Assembly (NCBI GenBank): GCA_965199825.1
Contig: OZ241329.1
Location: 1,216,001-1,280,000 of the forward strand
From: Bdellovibrionales bacterium
GTDB taxonomy: Bacteria > Bdellovibrionota > Bdellovibrionia > Bdellovibrionales > UBA1609
Length of the DNA stretch: 64,000 nt
Direction: 5' to 3'
In this document: in pieces, positions 20,309-30,121 of the stretch
Layout of the letters: every line of letters starts with the position of its first letter
Numbering within the stretch: the stretch's first letter is position 1
Position numbers and translations under genes: made by a program
Notes under the pieces: generated by a model
Database searches by the model: none
Told to the model about the DNA's origin: nothing
Seen by the model: only the letters and a program-made list of their open reading frames with translations

Positions 20309-20899
20309 TTAAAGATCTCCACCTTTGAGCACGGTCACAATGGTTTTTGTAACTGTTCGTAGAGCTTCGACCACACCGGCACCACTATTTGCGGTGGCCT
20401 CAAAATCGGGGGCGTTAAAGCGATTTAAAGAAGATCGGAGCTCGGCAATGGTCATTGCATTTGGAAGATCGCGTTTGTTGTATTGAAACACCAATGGGAT
20501 TTCTTGGATTCCGTAGCCTTGTTGATCTAAGTTTTTACGCAAATTTTCGAGCGACTGGAGATTTTCTTCCATACGTTCTGCTTGCGAGTCGGCAACAAAG
20601 ATCACTCCATCAAGCCCTTTTAATATGAGTTTGCGACTGGCATCGTAAACAACTTGGCCAGGGACTGTATAAAGGTGAAATCGTGTGCGAAAGCCCTGAA
20701 TATCGCCCGCGTCCACAGGCAAAAAATCAAAAAACAAAGTGCGCTCAACGGCTGTGGGTAAAGAAAACATTTCTGATTTATCTTGCGAAATTGTTTTTTG
20801 ATACACCCACTGAAGATTTGTGGTTTTGCCACTGAGTGAAGGGCCATAGTAAACAACTTTGCAGTGAATTTCTTTTGCGTTGTAGTTAATAAATGACAT
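20309..20899 (-). CDS. mglA: MglA small Ras-like GTPase
   Basis: MSFINY..KEIHCKVVYYGPSLSGKTTNL, RTLFFDFLP, YTVPGQV, QYNKRD. Confidence 0.95.
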   Translation of the reverse strand: MSFINYNAKEIHCKVVYYGPSLSGKTTNLQWVYQKTISQDKSEMFSLPTAVERTLFFDFLPVDAGDIQGFRTRFHLYTVPGQVVYDASRKLILKGLDGVIFVADSQAERMEENLQSLENLRKNLDQQGYGIQEIPLVFQYNKRDLPNAMTIAELRSSLNRFNAPDFEATANSGAGVVEALRTVTKTIVTVLKGGDL

Positions 20900-21519
20900 T
20901 AAAGCTGCACCCGATTTTCAATTGCTCGTCCAAGCGTTCGATAATCCACATAATCGATATCGCCACCAAAAGGGACACCGTGAGCAATCCGTGTGATTTT
21001 GACGTCACGTTCGCGAAGTGCTCTGGCAAGATAAAGCACTGTGGTGTCGCCCTCAAGATCGGCGTCTAAGGCAAGGATGACTTCTTTAATCTCAGGACGC
21101 AATCCTTTTTGACCGTTATCAATTTTCTCTAACAGCTCTTTAATTTTTAAATCATCGGGCGAAATCCCCTCAAGCGGTGAGATCGCTCCATGAAGCACAT
21201 GATACCTTCCGCGAAACACGTTTGAACTCTCGATGCGAATAATATCTGAGGGCTCTTCAACCACACATAAGCTGTCGTTGTGACGTGAGGGCTCAATACA
21301 AAAATGGCAAAGCCCTTCGTTCTCGGTAAAAGAAAAACACTGTGGACATTGGCGCACCAAAGTTTTTATTTTCTGCAGTGCATCTCTTAACGAATCCACA
21401 TTTTCTGAGGGCTGTTGCAGAAGATGATACGCCAAGCGCTGCGCCGATTTTGGCCCAATGCCCGGAAGGCGGGTGAGTTCATGAACAAGCTGCTCGAGTG
21501 AGGGAACATGAAGAATCAT
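20899..21519 (-). CDS. recR: Recombination mediator RecR
   Basis: LPGIGPKSAQRLAY, C4 zinc finger, CVVEEPSD, YHVLHG, toprim domain. Confidence 0.97.
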   Translation of the reverse strand: MILHVPSLEQLVHELTRLPGIGPKSAQRLAYHLLQQPSENVDSLRDALQKIKTLVRQCPQCFSFTENEGLCHFCIEPSRHNDSLCVVEEPSDIIRIESSNVFRGRYHVLHGAISPLEGISPDDLKIKELLEKIDNGQKGLRPEIKEVILALDADLEGDTTVLYLARALRERDVKITRIAHGVPFGGDIDYVDYRTLGRAIENRVQL

Positions 21520-21836
21520 TAAAACAACCCAGGTATTCCTGCGCCGCCGGTGATCTTGGACATCTCTTCTTGCGAAGTTGTTTTGGCAAGTTTAATGGCT
21601 TCGTTGGTTGCGGCCTTTACAAGATCTTGTAGCATCTCCACATCGCCTGCCACATCGGGATGGATCACAAGTGATGCGATCATGTTGTCGCCAGTAACTT
21701 TAACTTTGACTCCACCACCGCCAGCGCTGCCTTCGAATTCTTTTGTTGCAAGCTCTTCTTGCATCTTTTTAATCCGCGCCTGCATCTGATTGGCCTGTCG
21801 AAGCATGGCCTGCATGCCGCCGCCAAATCCCTTCAT
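21519..21836 (-). CDS. ybaB: YbaB/EbfC nucleoid-associated protein
   Basis: QANQMQ...EGSAGGGGVKV...DVEMLQDLV; lies between dnaX and recR. Confidence 0.95.
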   Translation of the reverse strand: MKGFGGGMQAMLRQANQMQARIKKMQEELATKEFEGSAGGGGVKVKVTGDNMIASLVIHPDVAGDVEMLQDLVKAATNEAIKLAKTTSQEEMSKITGGAGIPGLF

Positions 21837-23422
21837 GATTTTATCTCCTTGATGTTTTTTATTTCGCTTTTAAATAATTGCTGTGTTGATTTCACAAGCG
21901 GATGATTCTCTACCTGAAGCCGGATCTCTGCACGCTCTTTTTGTGCGCGCTGCTCCTCAAGATTTTTTGGTGTGGCCTCGACTTCACCATCGCCCAATTG
22001 AAATTGGAGCGAGTGACCAGGACCCCAAAATGTGGTGAGATAATTCTGCAATTTTTTTTGAAAATTAACGTCTTGCACTTGCTCGTACAAAAATTTGAGC
22101 TTAGGCGGAATCCCAATCACCAATTTTTGCTCATCCATTGTTTTCAAAAAAGAATTTTCTAATTTTGCGCCCACCAAAGGATTGACTGCCTTAATTTTTT
22201 CAACAAGGTCGAGCCACTTTTCAGGAAGAGTAACGGGCCCCTTCTTTTTTTGAACAACTTCGACTGGTGGAGCAACCGTTTTTACCTCAACCGTTTTTTT
22301 TGTTTTTGGCTTTTCGGACATTCGCATAATGTCTTGAACGCGGGGGGCTTCGGCCATACGGAGCAAAAGCATTTCGAGCACAATTTTTGTGTCGGTTGAG
22401 CGCACCAAATCTTGGGCACCTTTAAGGGCCATATCAAACAACAAATGAATATCTTCGTGACCCAAACCTTTGGAAACTTCGATCAAAACCTTGATTTCAC
22501 TTTCGGGCAGATCGAGCTGGGCTTGGGGTGAGAGGCGCAAAAACAAAAGATTTCGCAAGCTCTCTAAAAGATCCTGGATAAAAATGCGGGCATCAAATCC
22601 GCCATCTGAAATTCTGTCGCAAATTGACAGCACCCGATTTACATCGCGGGTTGCGAGGGCTTCGACCGTTTCGGTCAGTAAACGTCGATCGGTCAACCCC
22701 AACACATCAAGAGTTTGGGTAAGAGTAATTTCTGAATCGGCAAAGGTGATCACCTGATCAAGCAGACTTAATGAATCCCGCATCGAGCCTTCACCTTGCC
22801 GAGCGATGAGCCAAAGGGCGTCTTTGTTGGCGTTAATTTTTTCGGCCTCACAAATTTTTGCCAGTTGTTCGGTTACAAGTTGGGTGCTGATTCTTCTGAA
22901 ATCAAACCGCTGACAACGAGACAAAATGGTTGCAGGAATTTTATGAACTTCGGTTGTGGCCATGATAAACAAAACATGTTCAGGCGGCTCTTCTAAAGTT
23001 TTGAGCAAAGCATTAAAGGCCGCGGTCGAAAGCATATGAACTTCGTCGATAATATAAACTTTGCGAGTGCCACTGGAGGGCATGTAGCCCACACGGTCGA
23101 TCAGTTCGCGAACGCTATCGACACCGTTGTTGCTTGCACCATCGATTTCGATCACATCGAGGGCGCGGCCTAAAGCAATATCGACACACTCTTTACACAC
23201 ACCACAGGGAACAAAATCGGTTGAGTTGGGACAGCGAACCGCTTTTGCCAAAATGCGCGCCGAAGAAGTTTTGCCGGTTCCTCGTGGCCCTGTGAGTAAG
23301 AGCGCATGATGAAGACGATGATTTTTTAGGGCGTTCAGCAGGGTTTGTGTGACATGGTTTTGCCCCACCAATTCCGAAAAATTTTGTGGTCGCCATTTTC
23401 GTGCGATCACCTGGTAGGCCAA
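21833..23422 (-). CDS. dnaX: DNA polymerase III subunit gamma/tau
   Basis: YQVIARKWRPQ, GPRGTGKT, EIDGASN, IDEVHML, SRC; TTG start at 23422 with AAGGAG RBS. Confidence 0.97.
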   Translation of the reverse strand: MAYQVIARKWRPQNFSELVGQNHVTQTLLNALKNHRLHHALLLTGPRGTGKTSSARILAKAVRCPNSTDFVPCGVCKECVDIALGRALDVIEIDGASNNGVDSVRELIDRVGYMPSSGTRKVYIIDEVHMLSTAAFNALLKTLEEPPEHVLFIMATTEVHKIPATILSRCQRFDFRRISTQLVTEQLAKICEAEKINANKDALWLIARQGEGSMRDSLSLLDQVITFADSEITLTQTLDVLGLTDRRLLTETVEALATRDVNRVLSICDRISDGGFDARIFIQDLLESLRNLLFLRLSPQAQLDLPESEIKVLIEVSKGLGHEDIHLLFDMALKGAQDLVRSTDTKIVLEMLLLRMAEAPRVQDIMRMSEKPKTKKTVEVKTVAPPVEVVQKKKGPVTLPEKWLDLVEKIKAVNPLVGAKLENSFLKTMDEQKLVIGIPPKLKFLYEQVQDVNFQKKLQNYLTTFWGPGHSLQFQLGDGEVEATPKNLEEQRAQKERAEIRLQVENHPLVKSTQQLFKSEIKNIKEIKS

Positions 23423-23449
23423 GAGCTCTCCTTGAGATAAATAAAAAGT

Positions 23450-23545
23450 GGCTAGGCGCCCCACATCACATAAGTTTCCAGCTACCGTTGCTTCCTTTCG
23501 GACCTAGCGGGATTTGCTAGCCACGTTATTGTGTGGGACCCAGCC
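23450..23545 (-). ncRNA. ffs: Signal recognition particle RNA (4.5S)
   Basis: Minus strand contains AGGTCCGAAAGGAAGCAAC (helix 8 motif), terminal pairing GGCTGGG/CCTAGCC, and the canonical position upstream of dnaX. Confidence 0.92.
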
Positions 23546-23667
23546 GAGGAGCACCTTACTGAAAATATGCCGCAGAAGCTAGGGATCTTTACGCTCAAAA
23601 AAAATTCATGCAGGCTTTAAAACGGGTTACGGCATTGCGTCCGGCCCATTTAACAAAAGGAGCAAAA

Positions 23668-25905
23668 GTGAGCATTTCCTTCAACAGCGCAGCCGCGCGA
23701 TTTCGGGTTTTAGGTGAGATTCATAATCGCACGCCAAAGCGATTTGATCCGCCACGGGATGAATCGGGCCGCCGCCTCAAAATTTCGGAATTTTTTGGTC
23801 AAAATGTTTTTGATTTACCAAAAATGGAATCGGCTCTTTCAAAACAAGTTTATGCCAAATTTGTTTCAACCATCGAGACCGGAAAAAAATTAGACTCAGA
23901 TGTGGCGAGCAATGTGGCAAAGGCGGTCAAAGATTGGGCTATGGCAAAAGGTGTGACCCATTACACTCATTGGTTTCAGCCTTTGACCGGCCTCACTGCA
24001 GAAAAGCACGACGCATTTATTTGGCCCGAAGAAAATCACAAGGTGATCGAAAAATTTTCTGAATCGATGCTTGTTCAAAGTGAGCCCGATGCTTCGAGCT
24101 TTCCTTCAGGTGGAATGCGCACCACCTTTGAGGCTCGAGGATATGCGGCGTGGGACCCGACCTCGCCCATGTTTATTATGGAAGCCCCAGGAACCAAAAC
24201 GCTCTGTATCCCTTCTGTTTTTATTAGCTATCACGGTCATGCGCTTGATGAAAAAACCGCACTCCTCAGATCAAGTGAAGCGTTGTCGAAGCAAGCCTGC
24301 GAGCTGCTCCATTTGGTTGGCGAAAAAAAAATTAAGCGAATCGTCCCCACCTTGGGAGTGGAGCAAGAATATTTCTTGATTGATCGCGCGTACATCAATT
24401 TGCGGCCCGATTTGCTGTTGTCAGGTCGATCTCTCCTGGGCAGTCAGCCGCCCAAGGGTCAGCAACTTGAGGATCATTATTTTGGCAGCATCCCCGCGCG
24501 GGTTCAGGGCTTTATGTCGGAGATGGAATTTGAACTTTACAAATTGGGTGTGCCGATAAAAACCCGGCATAACGAAGTGGCTCCCGGCCAGTTTGAAACA
24601 GCTCCTGTTTTTGAGCCCGCAAATGTGGCGACCGATCACAATCAAGTTTGCATGGAAGTGATTCGCAAAGTGGCTCTTCGTCATGGATTTACAGCTTTGC
24701 TTCATGAAAAACCATTTGCCGGAATTAATGGTTCAGGCAAGCACAACAATTGGTCGATGCAGGTGAGTGCCTCAGACGAGAGTATCAATGGGGATAATCT
24801 TTTAGAGCCTGGAAAAACCCCACACGAAAACATTCGATTTTTATTAATTTTGTGTTCGATTTTAAAAGGAGTGCATCAACACGCAGGTTTGCTCAGAGCC
24901 TCGATTGCATCGAGTGGAAATGATCATCGACTTGGAGCAAACGAAGCACCGCCTGCAATCATCTCGATATTTCTAGGCAATATGCTGACACGTATTTGTG
25001 ATGAGATCGAAGCTGGCAAAGTGTCTTCGGCCAATGCCGAAAAAGTTGTGATCGAATTAGGTTTAAGTCATTTGCCAGATCTGATGCGCGACAATACCGA
25101 TCGCAATAGAACTTCGCCCTTTGCGTTTACCGGAAACAAATTTGAGTTTCGCGCGGTGGGTTCGGGGGCAAACACTGCCTTTCCAACAACAGTTTTAAAT
25201 ACCGCGGTTGCCGACGGCATGATGGAGATTTCAAAACGACTTAAAAAACTCGGAATCTCTGGAAATATCAAAACCGACACACCCAAAATTTTTGATGTGA
25301 TTCGTGAAATCATCAAAGAGACTAAATCAATTCGGTTTGAAGGAAACGGCTACTCTGCAGAGTGGGTCGTTGAAGCCGAGCGCCGCGGACTCAAAAATTT
25401 ACGCCAGTCTCCAGAGGCCATTGCCGAATTGATTTCGGATGAAGCCCTAAAAGTTTTTACCGCGCACGGAGTGTTGACAGAGGCCGAGGTGCACTCGCGT
25501 TTCAATGTGAGACTCGAGCGGTATATCAAAAATTTGCAGATCGAAGTGGACTGCTTAAAGAGTATGGTGAACACCCAGATTATGCCGGCCTGTTTGCTCT
25601 ACCACGGGACTTTGAGTCAGGGGGCAAGGGATGCAACCAAGTGTGGAATCGAGGCGCCACAGCGAGCGATACTTGAGGATTTGTCGCACCATTTGGCAAC
25701 GGCCCAAAAGAAAATGATAAAATTGAATCAGGCCGCAAAAGCCGCCGAAGACATTCACGACGAATATAAAAAAGCAGATATGTATGCTCATGCGGTCTCG
25801 CAGGCGATGATGGATTTAAGGCAAGTGGTCGACGAAATGGAAGATCTAGTCATCGATGACATATGGCCCTTGCCAAAATATCGTGAGATGTTGTTTATCT
25901 CATAA
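23668..25905 (+). CDS. Glutamine synthetase type III
   Basis: THYTHWFQPLTGLTAEKHDAF, EPDASSFPSGG, GVEQEYF, HEKPFAGINGSGKH, DRNRTSPFAFTGNKFEFR; GTG start after AAGGAG. Confidence 0.95.
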   Translation: MSISFNSAAARFRVLGEIHNRTPKRFDPPRDESGRRLKISEFFGQNVFDLPKMESALSKQVYAKFVSTIETGKKLDSDVASNVAKAVKDWAMAKGVTHYTHWFQPLTGLTAEKHDAFIWPEENHKVIEKFSESMLVQSEPDASSFPSGGMRTTFEARGYAAWDPTSPMFIMEAPGTKTLCIPSVFISYHGHALDEKTALLRSSEALSKQACELLHLVGEKKIKRIVPTLGVEQEYFLIDRAYINLRPDLLLSGRSLLGSQPPKGQQLEDHYFGSIPARVQGFMSEMEFELYKLGVPIKTRHNEVAPGQFETAPVFEPANVATDHNQVCMEVIRKVALRHGFTALLHEKPFAGINGSGKHNNWSMQVSASDESINGDNLLEPGKTPHENIRFLLILCSILKGVHQHAGLLRASIASSGNDHRLGANEAPPAIISIFLGNMLTRICDEIEAGKVSSANAEKVVIELGLSHLPDLMRDNTDRNRTSPFAFTGNKFEFRAVGSGANTAFPTTVLNTAVADGMMEISKRLKKLGISGNIKTDTPKIFDVIREIIKETKSIRFEGNGYSAEWVVEAERRGLKNLRQSPEAIAELISDEALKVFTAHGVLTEAEVHSRFNVRLERYIKNLQIEVDCLKSMVNTQIMPACLLYHGTLSQGARDATKCGIEAPQRAILEDLSHHLATAQKKMIKLNQAAKAAEDIHDEYKKADMYAHAVSQAMMDLRQVVDEMEDLVIDDIWPLPKYREMLFIS

Positions 25906-25998
25906 ACTTTTTTTGGTTGAGCACCTGTCCAATGTTTGGACAGGGGGCTGTCTCATAAGCGAGCAGAGGTTGGAACAGCGTTTGTAATGATGATGGTT

Positions 25999-26748
25999 AT
26001 GAAGAAGCTTATATATTTCATATTGATCATGTTGCCGACGCTCAGCCTCGCCGATGTTTGCGACGATCCCGAAATTTTAAAAATTTCGGAAGGGCTCACG
26101 CTTCAATCGAGCTTATGCGCTCAAAACGTCAGTGACTCTTTGTTGGGATCAAGAAACATCCACCTTCCCCCACCGGTGCCGTATTATAGAAACGAAAAAC
26201 GCACCGAAGCCAAAGCCGAAATCTTTTGTAAGGATTGTGCTGAAGCTCGCAAACACCCTGTGATGCCTGAACATATTCAAGTGCCTATGGCTGCTCCGGT
26301 TGCGGGTGCGGTTGCGGGCAATTCTGTAGCTAGCAATTCGTTTGGGCCGATTACAACTCAGACCATCACTTTCTACAATTTACCTGGCAATATCACCGCA
26401 GCAGGAAACAAATTTAGTAGGGGTGCGATGAGAGCCGCAATGCCTGCTTCAAATTCGCAAAGAATTAAGGCTGGCGCTTGGTACCGCATATATAATCAAG
26501 ATGGAAAATCGGTTGATGTTTGTGTGAATGATCATTTGCCCTCACGAAATCAAGGGCTTGATTTAACACCTGGAGCATTTAGTCGAATTGCACCCCTTGG
26601 CGCCGGCAAACTTCAGTTGCGCATGCAGCGTATTGCCGAACCTCCACCCGGTGTTCCAAAACAATATGCCTGTGATTCTCGATATGCCTCTTGGCATCCA
26701 GAAAATGGATCAAGCACTCAAATCGCTGCGGCTCGATCGCGCCGATAA
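25999..26748 (+). CDS. Secreted protein with RlpA-like double-psi beta-barrel domain
   Basis: Signal peptide MKKLIYF...SLA; VDVCVND...GLDLTPGAFSRIA...GKLQL. Confidence 0.7.
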   Translation: MKKLIYFILIMLPTLSLADVCDDPEILKISEGLTLQSSLCAQNVSDSLLGSRNIHLPPPVPYYRNEKRTEAKAEIFCKDCAEARKHPVMPEHIQVPMAAPVAGAVAGNSVASNSFGPITTQTITFYNLPGNITAAGNKFSRGAMRAAMPASNSQRIKAGAWYRIYNQDGKSVDVCVNDHLPSRNQGLDLTPGAFSRIAPLGAGKLQLRMQRIAEPPPGVPKQYACDSRYASWHPENGSSTQIAAARSRR

Positions 26749-26875
26749 TTTTTCGCTTGTGGTTTTGGGCGGGGCTTGGTTTTTGACTTGGAATTGGGAC
26801 GGCCGGCTTTCGCTGGCCTGGTTTGTAGCGCTTACTGGTTCGAACCCAAAGAGCTGATTGAAATTAAATTTTTAT

Positions 26876-27389
26876 AAATGACACTGCCCCATTCATTTTA
26901 TCAATTTCAGGGCTGACAAATTCTTTTAATACTTGTCTTTGATTTTTCAAAAATGTTTTCCGTATAAATTAATTCCATCTAAGAATTTTTTAAAATTTCA
27001 AAGTCTTGGATGAGCTGCGTTTCAATCAACAAGGTGAGCTAGTTTTTTTTTGGGAGCTCGTCAATTCAGAAACTGAATGCAGAACTTATCTGTTTTAAAA
27101 TATAAATTTCGCAAACGGTTTATCAATGCCTCTGTTACTCTAGCCCTAAGCAACTAATTCCATCCAGATCTTTAAAAATGTCGAGACTAAATCCGGAAGT
27201 GTCTAAACTTTTAATAATGACAGTGCCCCCGTTAAATAGATTTTATTGTTTCGGCAAAATTAAATCTTATCAAAATTCGGCTATCATTTTTTTTAAAATG
27301 GCGTTACCCCAATTAAAAATATTTATCTAAATTCATTAAGCCCAGTTTGAAAAATCAATTTGCCCGTCATTAAAAATGACATTGCCCTC
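26876..27389 (+). repeat. Dispersed direct repeat AAATGACANTGCCCC upstream of the HUH transposase
   Basis: Copies at 26876 (aaatgacactgcccc), 27216 (aatgacagtgcccc), 27295 (aaaatggcgttacccc, degenerate) and 27372 (aaaaatgacattgccctc). Confidence 0.6.
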
Positions 27390-27436
27390 AAAAAAATAAA
27401 TTGCATGGCATAAACAAATATAGTAATGTTTCTCCT

Positions 27437-28003
27437 ATGAAACAGCTTTCTCTATTCGAATTCAAATCTAAAACTTCTCATGGAGGAAAGATCAATTTCG
27501 GTCGGCGAAAGTGTGCCAGACCTTTAGATAAAAATCGCATCCAACACGTCGTGATGAGATCTCAACATGCAAAGGGCGAGAGGAGCTTTAGGAATTTTAA
27601 ATTAAAAGTTGAGCTTGAAAATCTAATTCGCGACAAAGCTCAACGATATGGAATACGTATTGCCGAACTCAGCAACGTTGGAAATCATTTTCACATCCTA
27701 ATCCGTTTTCAAAATCGGCAACTGCTCAAAACATTTTTTAAGGTCACGATGGGGCTGATCGCACGCCTTGTTACCAAAGCTCAAAAAGGCAAACCATTTG
27801 GTCGATTTTGGGATGGAATTGTATTCACCCGAATTGTTTCAAAGGGACGAGATGAAGCACGGATGCGTGATTATTTGTACGCCAACAAAATTGAGGCTGA
27901 AGAGGGTGGATATTCTCGAAATCGGTTTGAGAGCGAAACTAAAAAGTTTTGGAGGGGACGGCAAAAGACGAGACGATCACACACAATGGAATTTGGCAGC
28001 TGA
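27437..28003 (+). mobile_element. IS200/RAYT-like Y1 (HUH) transposase
   Basis: HVVMRS, HUH motif NHFHILI, FWDG..FTRIV, candidate catalytic Tyr in DYLYAN. Confidence 0.75.
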
Positions 28004-28145
28004 GCCTAGCGTGCGCGCACTTTCTTAGAACGGATGAAATTTAAATTGATTTATTAGTTCGCCGTGAAAGGGCCCACACGAAATGAATTCACAGCCCGGC
28101 CAAATCGCAAAGCTCACCCACGCCCAACCAAACCCGAACGAAGGT

Positions 28146-28170
28146 AAAAAAGCCGGGCCCCACGCCCGGC
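28146..28170 (-). terminator. Intrinsic terminator
   Basis: Minus strand GCCGGGC-GTGGG-GCCCGGC followed by T6, just after the 28184-28360 ORF. Confidence 0.75.
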
Positions 28171-28183
28171 GTCCAAGGACAAA

Positions 28184-28360
28184 TTAATTTACTTTGGTTT
28201 CTTTTTTAACTTCATGCTTTTTATGCTTGGCGCTGGCGACCACTTTTTTCTCAATCGAAACTGCTTTGATCTCTTGTTTGGCTTCGGGTGATTTCACAAT
28301 ATCGTCGGCGGCATAGGCTGCAGTAAAAGACATCATTGCAAGAACCATAAGTGTTTTCAT
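28184..28360 (-). CDS. Small secreted Lys-rich protein (58 aa; absent from the ORF track)
   Basis: MKTLMVLAMMSFTAAYA-ADDIVKSPEAKQEIKAVSIEKKVVASAKHKKHEVKKETKVN; AAGGAG RBS; own terminator. Confidence 0.75.
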   Translation of the reverse strand: MKTLMVLAMMSFTAAYAADDIVKSPEAKQEIKAVSIEKKVVASAKHKKHEVKKETKVN

Positions 28361-28464
28361 TTCAAGAGACTCCTTTTAAGAAAGAGCGTGATGCTCTGAC
28401 ACCTCTTATCCTAAATGCGCTCTATGAATCTGCGATGATGGCGCCGTGGACTTTTCTTCAAGCT

Positions 28465-29415
28465 TTAAGTTGAGACACTCCAGGCGAGTCGCTCAAGGGC
28501 TTCGGTTTCTTCAGCCCAGTAGGTGTAATCCTGAAATTGTGGAAAAAGCTGTGGAAACACGGGGTCTTTCCAGCGCCGAGCGATCCATGCGGCGTACGAA
28601 ATAATTCGTAATGCTCTTAAAAATGGAATGAGTTCGAGTTGGTGTTTGGGAAAGTGGCGGAATTCTTCGTAGCCCTCGAGAATTTGTTCGATCTCACTTT
28701 GAGACGTTTCTTGGTCGCCCGAGAGCAACATCCAAATATCTTGGACCTCAGGGCCCATCACAAAATCATCGAAGTCGACCACTACAAGATCTTTGGGCTC
28801 ATCAAGAACATCATAAAGCAAAAGATTGCCACGATGAAAATCGCCGTGGATTCTAAAAAAAGTGGTCTCGTCGAGTCTTTCGTAGAGGCCATCGAGCAAG
28901 ACTTCGGCGGCTTCGAAATACCTTCGTTCAACTTCGGGGGCAACCCAGTCGCTCAACAAGTTTAAATTCTCTTCGCCGTGATTAAATTGAGATCGATACT
29001 GCGTTGGCTTGGATTGTCCCACATTGTGGAGCTGGCCAAGCAAGCGGCCAATGCGGCGAAGTTCGGTAACATCACTGAGCATGCGCCCGTGGGCCTTTGG
29101 GAAGACCGCAAACTGCAATCCATGAATATCAGCCAAAGTCGAATCGCCAAGGATGAGCGGTGGGGCAGATCGAATGCCATTATCGAACAGCTCTTGAGTA
29201 AACTGGTGCTCTTCTAGAATTTGATCTTTGCTCCAGCGATTGGGGCGATAGACCTTTACGATCAACCGCTCGCGAGTGCTCTCTAGGGAAATTTCAAAAA
29301 CCCGATTCTCATAAGAGTTCAGTTGCACATACTCGCCTGTGGGGGCAAAACCGAAGTCTTCAAGTGTGTCCATTAAAAGATCAGGCGTAAGGGTTCGAAA
29401 CATCCAGTCCACCAT
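28465..29415 (-). CDS. srkA: SrkA/RdoA (YihE) Ser/Thr kinase
   Basis: LTPD, LNSYENRV, KVYRPNRWS..QILEEH, IHGDFHRGN, DFDD, WIARRWKDPVFP. Confidence 0.9.
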   Translation of the reverse strand: MVDWMFRTLTPDLLMDTLEDFGFAPTGEYVQLNSYENRVFEISLESTRERLIVKVYRPNRWSKDQILEEHQFTQELFDNGIRSAPPLILGDSTLADIHGLQFAVFPKAHGRMLSDVTELRRIGRLLGQLHNVGQSKPTQYRSQFNHGEENLNLLSDWVAPEVERRYFEAAEVLLDGLYERLDETTFFRIHGDFHRGNLLLYDVLDEPKDLVVVDFDDFVMGPEVQDIWMLLSGDQETSQSEIEQILEGYEEFRHFPKHQLELIPFLRALRIISYAAWIARRWKDPVFPQLFPQFQDYTYWAEETEALERLAWSVST

Positions 29416-30121
29416 AACCGAATTTAACGGTCATCGCATTGAGATAATCAGACGGCGCGGCTTTAGAAGCATAAAGTTGCGGGTCAAGCCATTGCGTTAT
29501 GTGCAAGTGGTCGCCTCTTTGAGCGCCACCCAAAATGAGATTCTAAAATTTGTAGTGAGTGCCGAAAATTTTATTCAAGAGCGGCTTCGTGTCTACGAGG
29601 AGCATGAAAAAAAATATCCGCCAAAACAATTTGTGAGTGGTGAGAGTTTTTTGTTTCAAGGGCGAATGCTTAAACTCTGCATTTCGGAGTTTGAGGGGAA
29701 GCGTCCACAAATTGTGTTTAGCCAAAAAGAACTCTTTGTTTTTTTGCCCGTGGGTGCTGGTGTGGTGGACATCAAAAAATTGGTCATCCAAAATATTAAA
29801 AAACAAGCTGCAAAACTTTTGCTTCAGCGACTGGCCATTTACACCATAAAAATTGGTTACACCCCGGAGCGAGTTTTATTTCGTGGGCAAAAAACGGTGT
29901 GGGGCACCATGCGGTCCAATGGATTAATGACCCTCAACTGGAAACTGATTTTGGCTCCATTGGAGGTGATGGATTATATTGTGATCCATGAGATCTGCCA
30001 TATGCCGATCCCCTCACATTCAAAAAGTTTTTGGAAGATGGTCGAAAGTTTTGATCCCAAATTTAGAGAACACAAACAGTGGCTCATCGATCATGCGATG
30101 GAATTTAGGTATTTGGACTAG
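29339..30121 (+). CDS. YgjP/DUF45 (SprT-like) zinc metallopeptidase
   Basis: QKTVWG, LNWKL, DYIVIHEICH..HS..FW; start uncertain (GTG 29339 or 29366). Confidence 0.85.
   Translation: MGAKPKSSSVSIKRSGVRVRNIQSTITEFNGHRIEIIRRRGFRSIKLRVKPLRYVQVVASLSATQNEILKFVVSAENFIQERLRVYEEHEKKYPPKQFVSGESFLFQGRMLKLCISEFEGKRPQIVFSQKELFVFLPVGAGVVDIKKLVIQNIKKQAAKLLLQRLAIYTIKIGYTPERVLFRGQKTVWGTMRSNGLMTLNWKLILAPLEVMDYIVIHEICHMPIPSHSKSFWKMVESFDPKFREHKQWLIDHAMEFRYLD

Noticed and set aside
23423..23464. N-terminal extension of DnaX in the ORF track
   Set aside because: It overlaps the SRP RNA; TTG 23422 has a good RBS and matches the conserved N-terminus.
27437..28003. IS605/OMEGA (TnpB or IscB) element
   Set aside because: There is no RuvC-type ORF adjacent to the HUH transposase.
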